From positions 83,287 through 147,286 of the IMG/VR virus record IMGVR_UViG_3300031143_000003: a stretch of DNA of 64,000 nucleotides. One strand, given 5' to 3'. Origin of the DNA: a virus (lineage: Duplodnaviria; Heunggongvirae; Uroviricota; Caudoviricetes). Shown in pieces: positions 39,830-49,891 of this stretch. Position 1 is the first letter of the stretch. Each line of letters opens with the position of its first letter. A program made the position numbers and the translations under genes. A model generated the notes under the pieces. It was not told where the DNA came from and made no database searches. It saw nothing but the letters and a program-made list of their open reading frames with translations.

Positions 39830-40858
39830 TTATACCACCTTAAATGTGTGCACATTTTCAAAATATTCAACTTGACCAACAAATGAACGATCATTCACCA
39901 TTATTGATATGCTATATTCTCTATTCTTAAGTAACGTATCAGTCCATAGATCAAAGTTTGATCCATCTGTTGCATCACAACTTATTTTTGTTCCAATTGT
40001 TGAGTAGTCCCAAACGATTGTATTTGCAACCGTGTCGGTTACACAATAATATGCTGTTTCTGGTAGAACATTGGCTAGTTCAACCTTTGCAGATGTACTA
40101 TATGATTTGACCGGTCTAACATCAATTGGATTAATATATAATTTAGTACGTTCACCTTGATTGTATGTTGACTTTGCATCATATACTGACATTACAATAT
40201 TTTTTGATGCCAATACTGATCCAGATCCGGTTGCATATGTTGAATCATCCCATTCCAAATTTAGTTTTGGACGATATATTGTGTGGGTTTCATTTGAAAA
40301 ATAACTAATTGATCCATATGATTTTGAGCTAGCCTCTTGACCGTGACGGTATGCGACTAAACTAATGTCGTTTGATCCAGAATGCATATTATATGCGCCA
40401 ATTACATTAGATGATATGTCGGTTGAGTCTGTTACAAGCTTCGGTATGTCGACAAAATTAAGTGCTTCAGGATTTCCAGCTGTCCATGCTCCCAATGCAT
40501 CGTCGCTATATGCCCAAGAAGCACCATCTTCAGATGGAGGATTATGTATTGTTTTTCCAGTACCCATTGTCCAATCTTTATATGCTGCCTCGATTGGGGC
40601 TAGTCTAACATTATAGTCATTAATTATACCAGACACATTTGCCGTGAATAGTTTCAACGTTGCAACAGTTGGAATAGCCGATTCAGATTTGAATGTTGCT
40701 ATGTCAAAATTTAATAATATTCTGGAGTTGTTTATACCATTTATTTCTGGTGTTTTAACATGCTTTGTTAGCTCCAGAATTTCGTCAATTCCAGCATTCA
40801 GCTTATTGCTATGCTGATAAATTGTTGTATCTTTATATGGGTATACTGTATATATCAT
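39830..40858 (-). CDS. Baseplate wedge-associated protein (342 aa; position equivalent to P2 gpI / T4 gp7-8 region)
   Basis: Synteny: follows the gp6/J-like gene. No diagnostic motif seen. Confidence 0.4.
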   Translation of the reverse strand: MIYTVYPYKDTTIYQHSNKLNAGIDEILELTKHVKTPEINGINNSRILLNFDIATFKSESAIPTVATLKLFTANVSGIINDYNVRLAPIEAAYKDWTMGTGKTIHNPPSEDGASWAYSDDALGAWTAGNPEALNFVDIPKLVTDSTDISSNVIGAYNMHSGSNDISLVAYRHGQEASSKSYGSISYFSNETHTIYRPKLNLEWDDSTYATGSGSVLASKNIVMSVYDAKSTYNQGERTKLYINPIDVRPVKSYSTSAKVELANVLPETAYYCVTDTVANTIVWDYSTIGTKISCDATDGSNFDLWTDTLLKNREYSISIMVNDRSFVGQVEYFENVHTFKVV

Positions 40859-40865
40859 GTTTGTC

Positions 40866-42728
40866 CTAGTACGTTACTACTTCGCCTTTAATATCAACAT
40901 CAGGGTATTTCACCTCAAATACAGCTGGGTCGATTGATGGATAAATAATGCCATTTTGATTTGCTGCATTTAGATCATATTTGTTTCCAGAATAACCATC
41001 GCTGGTTTTCCATTTATTTGTAATGTCAACTCCCATTACCGATTGTACACCATCAACGCTAGCCAATAATAAGATTAGGTCCTTTGTGATAATTGGTTGG
41101 TTGAATTGCATTTTGTCGATTGATAGTTTTTTCTTTAATGCACCAATGCATTTTAATATTACTGACTTTGAATTTCTACCTGGTAGGACAACGATACTAA
41201 AGTTTATCCCAATGTTTATAATATATCCATTCTTAATATTCACAGAATCGGTCATCATTCTATATTGTGATAGGTATGTTTTGAGATTATTTTTGGTCGT
41301 CGAATTCAAATTTGTTAATTGCTTATTTGCATTAAATCCTAATACATACATGTTCATTGCTAATGGATTCTGCATCTCTTTATTTGTTGACTTGTCGATA
41401 ACAGTATCACTTGTTATGCATACCTTTGAGATTGATCCAAATTTAGGTGGCATAGAATATGCTCTAATGATATAATCATCCCTTGTTACGGCTCGTTGCT
41501 GTGTAGCAAAGTATGCTAATGAATTGTTGCGAATCTCTTCAATAGTTTCAGCTGATTTTCCACCAGTTGCAGGATGTGGATTCGATACTGCGATTGAATC
41601 TGCTACCTCTGTTTTTAGTGCAGTAGTTAATCCATCAACTTTATATGTAATAACCTTACCATCTGCAATAGTTGTTAGTTCATCAGAATTTACATTTCCT
41701 GATAAGCCGTATCCTGTTGTATAGTTTATTGTTAGTGTTGTATTTGCAGGTACTTGTCCATATGTATTAGTATGCAAGAAGTTCGATGGGTCAAATGCTT
41801 GGTCAAATTTATTAGTTGTACCATGTAATCCGATTCCAACGTTACTTGGACTTGGTATAATCTCAATGTCTGGATCTGATGATATTCCAGCTCCAAATTG
41901 TAGTTCTAGTTTATTCTTTGGTGTAACATTTGTTATAAATCTACGTGTTGTTTTACGCAGGCTCATTATGTATGGAGTTGCCTGCGATTGTTCTGATAAT
42001 TCTGGATCAAATGCTGGGCTATTTACATTTTCATCAAACAATGTATCTTGGGCTAAATATGGTACTTCATACCAGATATTGCCAGATGAATCAACCACAC
42101 TGTCAATTCCAATTATATTGACATCGTCAATTAGTATCTTATTATATTTTTTTGCATCGGCTATAACAACAGATTTAACCTTTGCTTCTCCACTTTGTGC
42201 ATTAACTCGTTTTTTGAGCAAATAGTACGTTGGCTGTCCAGCTTCGTCTAATTTAGATATTGTTATTTCTGTCTTATTTGTTTGTGATTCAGATGCAAAG
42301 TCCAAACTATCTAGTGTGGTAAATCGCTGTCCTCTTATTCCAGTAACAACCAATCCTGCTTCAAGTATTCCAGCATAGTTTAGGTCTGGCAATGAATCAG
42401 CTCCGATACCAGTTGCAGGGACTTCCATATATATGTCTAATGATACAATAGAGGCTGCACTAATCTTAGGTTTATATCCAAATGACTGTGCTAGCGCATA
42501 TATATTCTTACGTTCTTGCGCATACTGGATCATATTTTCTTTCATTGCATAATCAGTATAATATGATAATACATCACCAACGTACGCAGTCATTTCCATG
42601 AACATCATTCCAGGTGAAGCAGAGTTAAAATCATTATACGTTGTCGGAAAATAGTTTTTAGCGTATGCCGTCAACTCAGCTTTTATACTGTTAAAGTCCT
42701 TGTTTATATATTTAATGTCTTTGCCCAT
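40866..42728 (-). CDS. Baseplate wedge protein, Baseplate_J (T4 gp6 / P2 gpJ) family
   Basis: 620 aa. N-terminal NSASPGMMFMEMTAYVGDVLSYYTDY is typical of the Baseplate_J domain. Immediately follows the gp25/W-like gene. Confidence 0.7.
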   Translation of the reverse strand: MGKDIKYINKDFNSIKAELTAYAKNYFPTTYNDFNSASPGMMFMEMTAYVGDVLSYYTDYAMKENMIQYAQERKNIYALAQSFGYKPKISAASIVSLDIYMEVPATGIGADSLPDLNYAGILEAGLVVTGIRGQRFTTLDSLDFASESQTNKTEITISKLDEAGQPTYYLLKKRVNAQSGEAKVKSVVIADAKKYNKILIDDVNIIGIDSVVDSSGNIWYEVPYLAQDTLFDENVNSPAFDPELSEQSQATPYIMSLRKTTRRFITNVTPKNKLELQFGAGISSDPDIEIIPSPSNVGIGLHGTTNKFDQAFDPSNFLHTNTYGQVPANTTLTINYTTGYGLSGNVNSDELTTIADGKVITYKVDGLTTALKTEVADSIAVSNPHPATGGKSAETIEEIRNNSLAYFATQQRAVTRDDYIIRAYSMPPKFGSISKVCITSDTVIDKSTNKEMQNPLAMNMYVLGFNANKQLTNLNSTTKNNLKTYLSQYRMMTDSVNIKNGYIINIGINFSIVVLPGRNSKSVILKCIGALKKKLSIDKMQFNQPIITKDLILLLASVDGVQSVMGVDITNKWKTSDGYSGNKYDLNAANQNGIIYPSIDPAVFEVKYPDVDIKGEVVTY

Positions 42729-42730
42729 TA

Positions 42731-43156
42731 TTATGCCCTATTTATTTCCATTGAAAATGTGTCTGATATGTTGAAGTTTGGTACTACAAATGATATTGAT
42801 ATATTCATTGTATGGTCGAGCATGGTTGTATCGACTGCCGATATTTGTACACCAGGCATCCATCGTTTGATACTTGATGTTATGTCTAATCTGATTCGTT
42901 TATTTAATGTGACTGTGTCAGCTGTTTCGAACATTAGTCTATATATATTTGTTCCGAACTCAGGCTCCATAACACGTTCACCCTTCATTGTCAATATTAG
43001 GTTTTTCAAATTTGATATAATCTGTTCCTTTGACGTATAATTTAGGTTGAATGTGCCAAATTTATCGCCAGACATTGGAAGACCGATGCCGATAGCAATA
43101 TCAACCTCTAAGTCTAGAGGATTTATTCGGTGTATATGTTCGTCCAGCTTAGCCAT
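42731..43156 (-). CDS. Baseplate wedge protein gp25/GPW family
   Basis: 141 aa. GERVMEPEFGTNIYRLMFE matches the GPW_gp25 signature. Start/stop coupled to neighbours. Confidence 0.75.
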   Translation of the reverse strand: MAKLDEHIHRINPLDLEVDIAIGIGLPMSGDKFGTFNLNYTSKEQIISNLKNLILTMKGERVMEPEFGTNIYRLMFETADTVTLNKRIRLDITSSIKRWMPGVQISAVDTTMLDHTMNISISFVVPNFNISDTFSMEINRA

Positions 43157-43518
43157 TATTTGAATCGTTTAACTAATTCTGAATAGTCTCTAGTTAATGC
43201 AGACGATAATGATGGATCAAGTTTGGATGTGTCGACTGGACGATTATTAATGTCAGTCATAGCTGGCGTATGAGGTGTATTACTATTCATTGCCATAAAT
43301 TGTGAACGCATATCACTTGTGAAGTTTTGCATAGTTGGCCATTCCGGCTCTGCTGCAGTTGCTGTCTCATTGATTGCGTCATTAAGCGATAATTGTTGCG
43401 TATAGTTTTTCACTGGTGGGGTTGTATCCATCATTTCGCTAATCTGCGTTTTGACAGCAGATTCAACTTCTCGTTGTACAACCGCTTTGATAATTTTTAC
43501 CAAATCTTTTTTCGTCAT
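43156..43518 (-). CDS. Hypothetical baseplate-region protein (120 aa)
   Basis: ORF between the spike-like and gp25-like genes. SD AGGAG upstream. Confidence 0.45.
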   Translation of the reverse strand: MTKKDLVKIIKAVVQREVESAVKTQISEMMDTTPPVKNYTQQLSLNDAINETATAAEPEWPTMQNFTSDMRSQFMAMNSNTPHTPAMTDINNRPVDTSKLDPSLSSALTRDYSELVKRFK

Positions 43519-43578
43519 TGCTCACTCCTATGTTTATTATAAATATCTAATAGGATTGGTTTTAAGCTGTTTGCAATA

Positions 43579-44478
43579 TTATTGTTTCATCTTGTTTAGC
43601 TCAATCAGTACTTTGGAAAAATCAGCTATATTTATTGGCATTCCAGGACCAAGACTAGTTGGAATCGTTAACGCCATCATAGCCTTTGTCAACGCTTCGA
43701 TTTGTGTCATGAGGACTTCGACATCAACTGCCCAGCTATTTGTTGATATTCCAACATTATCTACAGCAGACAAAACTAAACTATCTGCTTTAGCATGGAA
43801 TACTATTCTATCAGCTTCGATTATAGCTTGACTACCGACGTATTGGTCAGGTCGTTCAAATGTGAGTGGGGCTTTGGCCGATGTTGGGATGGATTGATCA
43901 GACGTCAGTACAATTTGAGCGCTGTCATCTTTGATTGTTGGGGAAGTTGATTTACCATTTCTAATAATGATTATCGGTTCTCCATCTTCGCCATCTAATG
44001 ACCAATCCGACTGTATTGCGTCATGTTTGGCTCCCATTAATATAGATGAACCATATCGGCTTTGTAATATTGTTTGACCAGGAGTAATTATATTCCTGTC
44101 AGTTGGTTGCTTCTTGATTGTTTCTTCTGGTGGTTCACCGTCATCTAATATTGTTATTTTATCATTTAACATATATCCGATGTTTGATGTGTTGTTGAGG
44201 ATGCCAGTATAGTACCAGTCTGAATCGTGTGAACTGTTGAATAAAAATACTGATTCATTTATTAATGGCATTGTGAAACTGTTTGCGTCGATTGGATGAG
44301 CTACTATTGTTTGTATTTCGCCAGATTGACGCAATAGTTTACATGTTACACTACCAATTCCATCAGTGGCTTGTGATGCGACAATTCCCAATGAATATCC
44401 ATTCGGCTGCTTACTTGATGTTTTTGATGATGAATATCCATCATGTAGCGTATTATCGTTCCAAACTACTCCAGCCAT
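43579..44478 (-). CDS. Baseplate central spike/hub-like protein (gp5/gpV-like OB-fold N-terminus, no lysozyme domain)
   Basis: 299 aa. GYSLGIVASQATDGIGSVTCKLLRQSGEIQTIVAHP resembles the OB-fold N-terminal domain of phage spike proteins. Position upstream of gp25/gp6 fits the V-W-J order. Confidence 0.4.
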   Translation of the reverse strand: MAGVVWNDNTLHDGYSSSKTSSKQPNGYSLGIVASQATDGIGSVTCKLLRQSGEIQTIVAHPIDANSFTMPLINESVFLFNSSHDSDWYYTGILNNTSNIGYMLNDKITILDDGEPPEETIKKQPTDRNIITPGQTILQSRYGSSILMGAKHDAIQSDWSLDGEDGEPIIIIRNGKSTSPTIKDDSAQIVLTSDQSIPTSAKAPLTFERPDQYVGSQAIIEADRIVFHAKADSLVLSAVDNVGISTNSWAVDVEVLMTQIEALTKAMMALTIPTSLGPGMPINIADFSKVLIELNKMKQ

Positions 44479-44813
44479 TATTTGTCTTCCATTTCAGCTG
44501 CTGCATCTAATAGTTGTTTCTTTTCTTCAGGCGTCAATAATGTTCCACCACTAGCATTCGACGATGATCTGCCTTCTGCACGTTGAACTATTGCTGCCAT
44601 CTTAATCAAATGGTCGTCATTTTTAACTGCTACATCTAAGTAGTCTTTTATTATTGGCACTAATATTGTTGCATCTCCGATGTTCTTAATCATTGGTTGC
44701 AATTGCTTAATTAGTTCAGCTATTTGGGCTTCTTTTCGGATCGAATTATCATATATATTCTTCATTAATCCGGAAAATGTCTTACCCTCGAATATGTCAT
44801 CACCTTGTTCCAT
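44478..44813 (-). CDS. Hypothetical protein (111 aa)
   Basis: ORF preceded by SD AAAGGAA and, further upstream, a strong terminator. Confidence 0.45.
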   Translation of the reverse strand: MEQGDDIFEGKTFSGLMKNIYDNSIRKEAQIAELIKQLQPMIKNIGDATILVPIIKDYLDVAVKNDDHLIKMAAIVQRAEGRSSSNASGGTLLTPEEKKQLLDAAAEMEDK

Positions 44814-44848
44814 TGTACTGTTCCTTTGTTTAATATAAATATATGAAA

Positions 44849-44876
44849 CAAAAAAACCCCAATCAAAAGATTGGGG
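44849..44876 (-). terminator. Rho-independent terminator
   Basis: Stem CCCCAATC / loop AAAA / stem GATTGGGG at 44857-44876, followed on the minus strand by TTTTTTTG (A-run 44850-44856 on +). Lies just downstream of the 79-aa gene. Confidence 0.8.
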
Positions 44877-44906
44877 TTAATTATCAACAATATGTTGGTA
44901 TGTAAT

Positions 44907-45146
44907 CTATTTTTTAGTCTTCTTTGGGTTAGCAAAGAACGACATAACAACAACTAGTGTTACTAAGCCGACAAATCCGCCATTACCAATGTAACTAATG
45001 ATTGTGCTAATGTTTCCAATAACATCCATCCCAAAAACAACTCCTCCGGTTAAAACCTGAAATAAAATTGCAATTGGTAAAATTGACATAAGTAATCCGA
45101 ATAATCCAGATAAAAATCCTTCTGCGTACTTAAAAACGTAATCCAT
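44907..45146 (-). CDS. Small two-TM membrane protein
   Basis: 79 aa, hydrophobic throughout (LFGLLMSILPIAILFQVLTGGVVFG...LVTLVVVMSFF). Confidence 0.5.
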   Translation of the reverse strand: MDYVFKYAEGFLSGLFGLLMSILPIAILFQVLTGGVVFGMDVIGNISTIISYIGNGGFVGLVTLVVVMSFFANPKKTKK

Positions 45147-45214
45147 ATTATATTCTCCTTGTATTTATTGTTGGCAATATTGCCTATGATCGTTATATGT
45201 TACATAACAATGTT

Positions 45215-45997
45215 TTAACTAAGTTTGTCTTCATACATATTGTATTTTTCAATATATTCTTTCTTTATGATGTTAACAACCTTAGATATATCTTGTGTGC
45301 GTTCATTTGTCATTTCACGTATTAACAAATATAGCGCTTTCTTATTATATTTTTCAATGTTTTCACGTTGTTTAAACAATTCCAATATTGCATATGCTAT
45401 TCTACGCTCATACTGTTTAGTAAATATTGTTTCAACTTTTCGTTCATAATAATCTATAAACGTATCCATAAATTCTTTTATTGCAGCCAATCGTTCAGTA
45501 TTTCCAACTTCATTAACAATATTTCTATTTTTATCTATAGATAATACATCATCTTTAGTTTTCAATCTAGCGTATGCTTTATTATTTGTTTGAATGCAAT
45601 AATTTTTTGCAACAATACTAAAATATGAAAATGCTTTACCTTTTTCAGCTGTAAATTTATTCAATTTTTGTAAAACAAATCCCATAACTTCATATTGCTT
45701 ATCTTCAGTTGTTCCATCCATATATGGAAATCTAAACCTATTAATTATATTTTGCGTTAACTTCCACATTGAATAATGTATGTGTGCGTTATATAATCTG
45801 TCACGTTTAATTTTTGATGGTTCAATATTATATGCGATAATTGCTTTTTCAGTTATTGGCGTAAAATACATTTTATTTTTACGCTTTCTACCTCTACGAA
45901 CAACGTTTGGATTTAATAATATCTCCAATTCTTCTTCGTACATTGGTAAATTGTCATAAAATATATCGACTGGACTCTTACTCATCATTACTTCCAT
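45215..45997 (-). CDS. Late-transcription sigma factor, T4 gp55-like
   Basis: 260 aa. Region WKLTQNIINRFRFPY...KAFSYFSIVAKNYCIQTNNKAYARLK parallels T4 gp55 KRFNFSGY...[23 protein letters not shown] (sigma region 2-like). Confidence 0.5.
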   Translation of the reverse strand: MEVMMSKSPVDIFYDNLPMYEEELEILLNPNVVRRGRKRKNKMYFTPITEKAIIAYNIEPSKIKRDRLYNAHIHYSMWKLTQNIINRFRFPYMDGTTEDKQYEVMGFVLQKLNKFTAEKGKAFSYFSIVAKNYCIQTNNKAYARLKTKDDVLSIDKNRNIVNEVGNTERLAAIKEFMDTFIDYYERKVETIFTKQYERRIAYAILELFKQRENIEKYNKKALYLLIREMTNERTQDISKVVNIIKKEYIEKYNMYEDKLS

Positions 45998-46247
45998 ATA
46001 TTGCCTCTAAGCCATTAATTTCATCTTTAATTGCATCAAATATTTGTCCTACCTCATCATCACTAGCGAATCCACCCTTTGAATCAATTTCTCTTAGATT
46101 ATCAAACGTATTATTTAAGTTTAATAAAATAGATTTTTGTTCAAGTTCAATTTGTTCAACCGTATCTTGTGATTGGTCAAACTTTCGAATTAGGTTTATA
46201 ACAACTAATGTAAGTATTAGTATAATGGTACATAACATATATTCCAT
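45978..46247 (-). CDS. Small membrane protein (N-terminal TM)
   Basis: 89 aa. N-terminus MEYMLCTIILILTLVVINLI is hydrophobic. Confidence 0.45.
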   Translation of the reverse strand: MEYMLCTIILILTLVVINLIRKFDQSQDTVEQIELEQKSILLNLNNTFDNLREIDSKGGFASDDEVGQIFDAIKDEINGLEAIYGSNDE

Positions 46248-47038
46248 TATGAGTCTCCGAATAACCCCTTAAACAGTTCCTGTGCATCCGATTCTGATGT
46301 AGATACTTTTCCAGTAACCTTCTTAGGTTTATGAGCTGTGGCTGCTACTGCTGACTTTTGTGTATTTGTCATACTTGCTGTAACACCCTGATTAGATTTC
46401 CAATGTTCGTATTCAATTTGGCTAGCCATATGGTCAGCATGATGTAATAATAATGGCATATGGTTGTGCATTTTTCTATGCTTGTCATATGATTTAAAGT
46501 ATGAAACGTTTCCATCGTCATACATTCCATCGTGTATCATTATTGCAATCATTTCATTTTGAGAGTATTTGATATTGAAGTTCTGTAATAACCATAAACT
46601 TCTATGTGGTACTGACATATTCTGGATTTCAGGATTGATGTCATATATTTTACCTTGATTTTTTCTGTGCCAATCTGATGGATTTGGTACATAGTAATCA
46701 TTAAGTAAATCTCCGACCTTTCCTAAATCATGATTCAATGCTGCAAATAATAGTTCTTCGCGACTATAACCAGTAACATTTGCACCCATACTACTCCATG
46801 CACCATGTAATTTAATAGAACAATTTAATACCCGTAATACATGATCTACATATCCACCAGCAAAGCAATTATGATAATGTTCTATTCCTGATGCAGGAGC
46901 AGCAATCATTCGCTCTTCTAATGTTTCATACATGTGCTTGATATTATCTCGCCTTGTACCACTAAATTCAGTATCTATAACTGTCATTAGTCTGTTCCAA
47001 TTTTCTAATAAGTTTTCTTCGTTTGTCTTCATAACCAT
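46247..47038 (-). CDS. HD-domain metal-dependent phosphohydrolase
   Basis: 263 aa. H..H...NHDLGK...MIHDGMYDD...HHADHM motifs. Confidence 0.6.
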   Translation of the reverse strand: MVMKTNEENLLENWNRLMTVIDTEFSGTRRDNIKHMYETLEERMIAAPASGIEHYHNCFAGGYVDHVLRVLNCSIKLHGAWSSMGANVTGYSREELLFAALNHDLGKVGDLLNDYYVPNPSDWHRKNQGKIYDINPEIQNMSVPHRSLWLLQNFNIKYSQNEMIAIMIHDGMYDDGNVSYFKSYDKHRKMHNHMPLLLHHADHMASQIEYEHWKSNQGVTASMTNTQKSAVAATAHKPKKVTGKVSTSESDAQELFKGLFGDS

Positions 47039-47475
47039 TTTTTTACTTTATTCCAATATTTGATTGTTGCGCTTTTCTTATATCCTCTCGGACCACCATT
47101 CCAGGCTCTAGCAATTTCTTCAGATGTATCTAAACCATAATGCTCAATGTATATGTTAAACATTTCAATTGATTTTAATCTATTCCATCTGTCTTTATAT
47201 TTGTATCTGTGTTGCTTGCGCTGAGTCTTTAATATCCTATTGATATCTCTTACCATTGTTCGCCTAATTTGCATACAACCTACAGCGTCTTCTACTTTAC
47301 AATATGCAGAATCATTATTTGAAGATTCTACGAATATTATTGCATTAGCTAAACTTGGAATGTCAAGTTCAACCACTGTTATATGAATCTGTTCTAATTT
47401 AATCGGAACAATTTCAATATCAGCGGTTGGATAAGTAAATGCAAATAATGGAAAGATAAACAATAATTTTTTCAT
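47029..47475 (-). CDS. Lytic transglycosylase (SLT-domain) with signal peptide; endolysin/cell-wall enzyme candidate
   Basis: 148 aa. Signal peptide MKKLLFIFPLFAFTYPTA. SLT motifs ESSNNDSAY...GCMQI and AWNGGPRGY (compare ES...GLMQI and AYNAGPG). Confidence 0.6.
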   Translation of the reverse strand: MKKLLFIFPLFAFTYPTADIEIVPIKLEQIHITVVELDIPSLANAIIFVESSNNDSAYCKVEDAVGCMQIRRTMVRDINRILKTQRKQHRYKYKDRWNRLKSIEMFNIYIEHYGLDTSEEIARAWNGGPRGYKKSATIKYWNKVKKWL

Positions 47476-47476
47476 A

Positions 47477-47698
47477 TTAATCGAATAAAATTTGTAATTG
47501 CTTGATGTTGCCTTTTTCAGTATCGTTTCCGAAATGAGTATCGACCAATGATGTACTATAGCCTAAAGCATATGCCAGTCGTTTACAGGTTCGCTTGAAT
47601 TCAGTTATTGATAAGTCGTTACTTACCGCAAATTCAATTCGTTGCGCTTCCTTTGATAATGAACCACGTACATATACTAATTTATCATATTCCATCAA
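47477..47698 (-). CDS. Hypothetical protein (73 aa)
   Basis: ORF downstream of a conserved intergenic element. Confidence 0.4.
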   Translation of the reverse strand: MMEYDKLVYVRGSLSKEAQRIEFAVSNDLSITEFKRTCKRLAYALGYSTSLVDTHFGNDTEKGNIKQLQILFD

Positions 47699-47758
47699 TT
47701 TTCCTCGTTGTATTTTTTGTTATAGCTAAATATAAGAAAAAAAATTGACATAAAAAAA
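47699..47758 (-). promoter_or_regulatory. Conserved intergenic element (type 2: aaatataag ... ttgacat ... ttattc)
   Basis: ttgttatagctaaatataagaaaaaaaattgacataaaaaaattattc. Confidence 0.45.
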
Positions 47759-48286
47759 TTATTCAGCAAAAAGTTTTTCTTTGAATCCTTCTGGGAATTT
47801 TCCAACGGCTATTCTAGAAAAATATTTTATTTCTGCTTGAACTATTTTCTTATCTTTTTTCCAACGAAGTGTTGCCAGTTTTTTCTTTAACTTGCTTATT
47901 TTTAGGGCAGCCTCATATTTGTATCTGTCCTTTTCTTTCTTGGATAACCTAACTTTTGGCGCTATGACTGTTTTATCAAGTGTACCCTTAAGATCAGGTT
48001 GTTCAGTTCCCTTATGATAAACTGTACCATCACCGTGAACGTAAACCGCCATCCAGTGCCATCCAGCAGGTTTTTTATCTTCTTGACGTTTATGTTGAGA
48101 TGTTTCTGGTGGATCAACCATATCAGCGACACAATGTTGGCATGTTACTGCAGTTGCGTTCTCTCCAACTCTGTCATATCCGCCACATAGTTTACATTCC
48201 ATATATTTGTATAATCTATCCGGACTTTCGTTCCATCTGGTACCAGGCTTGTAATATGAATCGTATGTATTTTCTTCGTTTGCCAT
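47759..48286 (-). CDS. Zinc-ribbon protein with Lys-rich C-terminus (175 aa)
   Basis: CKLCGG...CQHC followed by KK-rich tail. Confidence 0.45.
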   Translation of the reverse strand: MANEENTYDSYYKPGTRWNESPDRLYKYMECKLCGGYDRVGENATAVTCQHCVADMVDPPETSQHKRQEDKKPAGWHWMAVYVHGDGTVYHKGTEQPDLKGTLDKTVIAPKVRLSKKEKDRYKYEAALKISKLKKKLATLRWKKDKKIVQAEIKYFSRIAVGKFPEGFKEKLFAE

Positions 48287-48474
48287 AACTATTTCCTATT
48301 GTTTATTTTATTTTAAATATAGTGAAATTATTAGTTATATTTAATTTCACTACAGCCATTGATTAACAATGAAGCTGATCCATGTTCCGAATTGTTCCCA
48401 TTGATCACAAATTTTGCTGTAAGCCACATTTCGGGATGCAGATGATACTTTACCTACAATTTCCCTAGGAGTTT

Positions 48475-49329
48475 TCAATTCCAGCTAATGGGGATATGTT
48501 TTTGTGATGAATCATATATCAAACTGTATATGATACCTTGTCCGGATGGATTTGGTTTTTGTCTAATCGACATATCAATTATGCCGTTTTGCGCAAACTT
48601 TATCTGTAAATTAGTTAGTTTGGTCAAATTGGTGTGACTTATGATTGTATATTTATCAAGATACGATATTACAATATTGTCATGATAATTAATTTCTTCA
48701 GATGAATCTGCGTAGTTGTCTATGATATCATCTGTAATTTGTTCGTGTTCTATATTATTGTATAGAGGTTGATCTGGTATTAATGGTCCATCGTCTAATA
48801 ATCGTTCGATGTAATCATCTCGTGTTTTTTTATCAAGTAATTCTGCCCATTTACAAAATGCAACAATATCACCGTTGAATATAGATTTATCAGCATCTGA
48901 TAATATGCTCCATATTTCAAGGTCAGTAACATCGTTAAGCTTATTATCTATTGTGCTAGCTTGTGCGATTAGCTGGTCAATTGATTGCATATCAGGTTGA
49001 ATATCTGGTATATCTTCAGTTCCATAATATGGTTCGTCAATTACCAATTCAGCGATAATTGCTTCATGTTCAGGTTCATTATTTATTAGTTTGAATATTT
49101 TTGCGCATCGCTCATATTCTTCGGTAACTTCATAATGATCCAACATATCGCGTAATATATCAACAAACTCTAATTTGTCTAGGCTATATGGATCATATAA
49201 TGTTGGTACTTCAACTTCAGACGAATTCATCAACATTTCAATACTCATTTCACCAATAAATAGTAAATATGTTGTATCAAATGCCGCATTAATAAATTCA
49301 GTGTCGTCTATTTGTTCTTCGCTGTTCAT
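48475..49329 (-). CDS. Acidic hypothetical protein (284 aa)
   Basis: Long ORF, very D/E-rich. Confidence 0.45.
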   Translation of the reverse strand: MNSEEQIDDTEFINAAFDTTYLLFIGEMSIEMLMNSSEVEVPTLYDPYSLDKLEFVDILRDMLDHYEVTEEYERCAKIFKLINNEPEHEAIIAELVIDEPYYGTEDIPDIQPDMQSIDQLIAQASTIDNKLNDVTDLEIWSILSDADKSIFNGDIVAFCKWAELLDKKTRDDYIERLLDDGPLIPDQPLYNNIEHEQITDDIIDNYADSSEEINYHDNIVISYLDKYTIISHTNLTKLTNLQIKFAQNGIIDMSIRQKPNPSGQGIIYSLIYDSSQKHIPISWN

Positions 49330-49392
49330 ATGTATGATATAATATGTTTAATGTAAATTAATAGACCAGTTGTCTTGATCTATTATAAATAT

Positions 49393-49418
49393 AAGGGCTC
49401 AAATTAAATTGAGCCCTT
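49393..49418 (-). terminator. Stable hairpin, possible terminator
   Basis: AAGGGCTCAA-ATTAAA-TTGAGCCCTT, a 10-bp perfect stem, between the 49595 gene cluster and the 48475 gene. Followed on the minus strand by A/U-rich ATATTTATAATAG. Confidence 0.5.
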
Positions 49419-49450
49419 ATACACATACAAAAATTATTTCTACCGGAGGG

Positions 49451-49591
49451 TTAGTCCTTCTTATTCAACTCCTTCCTTAACAAGTCATTAATAAGTAATT
49501 TATCACCCAATCGAGTTTTAATGCGTCGATTTAATACGTAATGTATTGCGGTTACAACTGTTGCACCTACAATTAGTCCTAATATAAACAT
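49451..49591 (-). CDS. Small TM peptide (46 aa), below the ORF-track threshold
   Basis: MFILGLIVGATVVTAIHYVLNRRIKTRLGDKLLINDLLRKELNKKD. ATG lies 4 nt after the upstream stop. Confidence 0.35.
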   Translation of the reverse strand: MFILGLIVGATVVTAIHYVLNRRIKTRLGDKLLINDLLRKELNKKD

Positions 49592-49594
49592 ATA

Positions 49595-49891
49595 TTAGCC
49601 TCTATACGTTCCAGTACCTGACTCCAATTGTCCCATTCTCTTGGCGACATTATATTGTGTCTGAGCATCCATTAATGTTTCCATTATCTTATTTGACTCT
49701 GTAAACGTAATTTCAACTCGTTTGCCTGCAATTAATAGAGTACCAATAATTGGTTGAGTAGCTGGAGCAATTGGATGTAATGCTTTAGGTCCATGTGCTA
49801 GTTCAAAATCTATTGTTGCCCATGTTTTACCATACTTTGAAGGGTTAAATTTTGACTGATGATCTACGTTGGTTTTGAATGTCTTTGACAT
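49595..49891 (-). CDS. Hypothetical protein (98 aa)
   Basis: First ORF after the long AT-rich intergenic region. Confidence 0.45.
   Translation of the reverse strand: MSKTFKTNVDHQSKFNPSKYGKTWATIDFELAHGPKALHPIAPATQPIIGTLLIAGKRVEITFTESNKIMETLMDAQTQYNVAKRMGQLESGTGTYRG

Noticed and set aside
44814-44848. Apparent T4 late promoter TATAAATA upstream of gene 44478-44813 (and similar sites)
   Set aside because: The octamer is on the + strand, antisense to the gene. In coding orientation it reads ATATTTATA. It is kept as an unexplained motif (see findings) rather than annotated as a late promoter.
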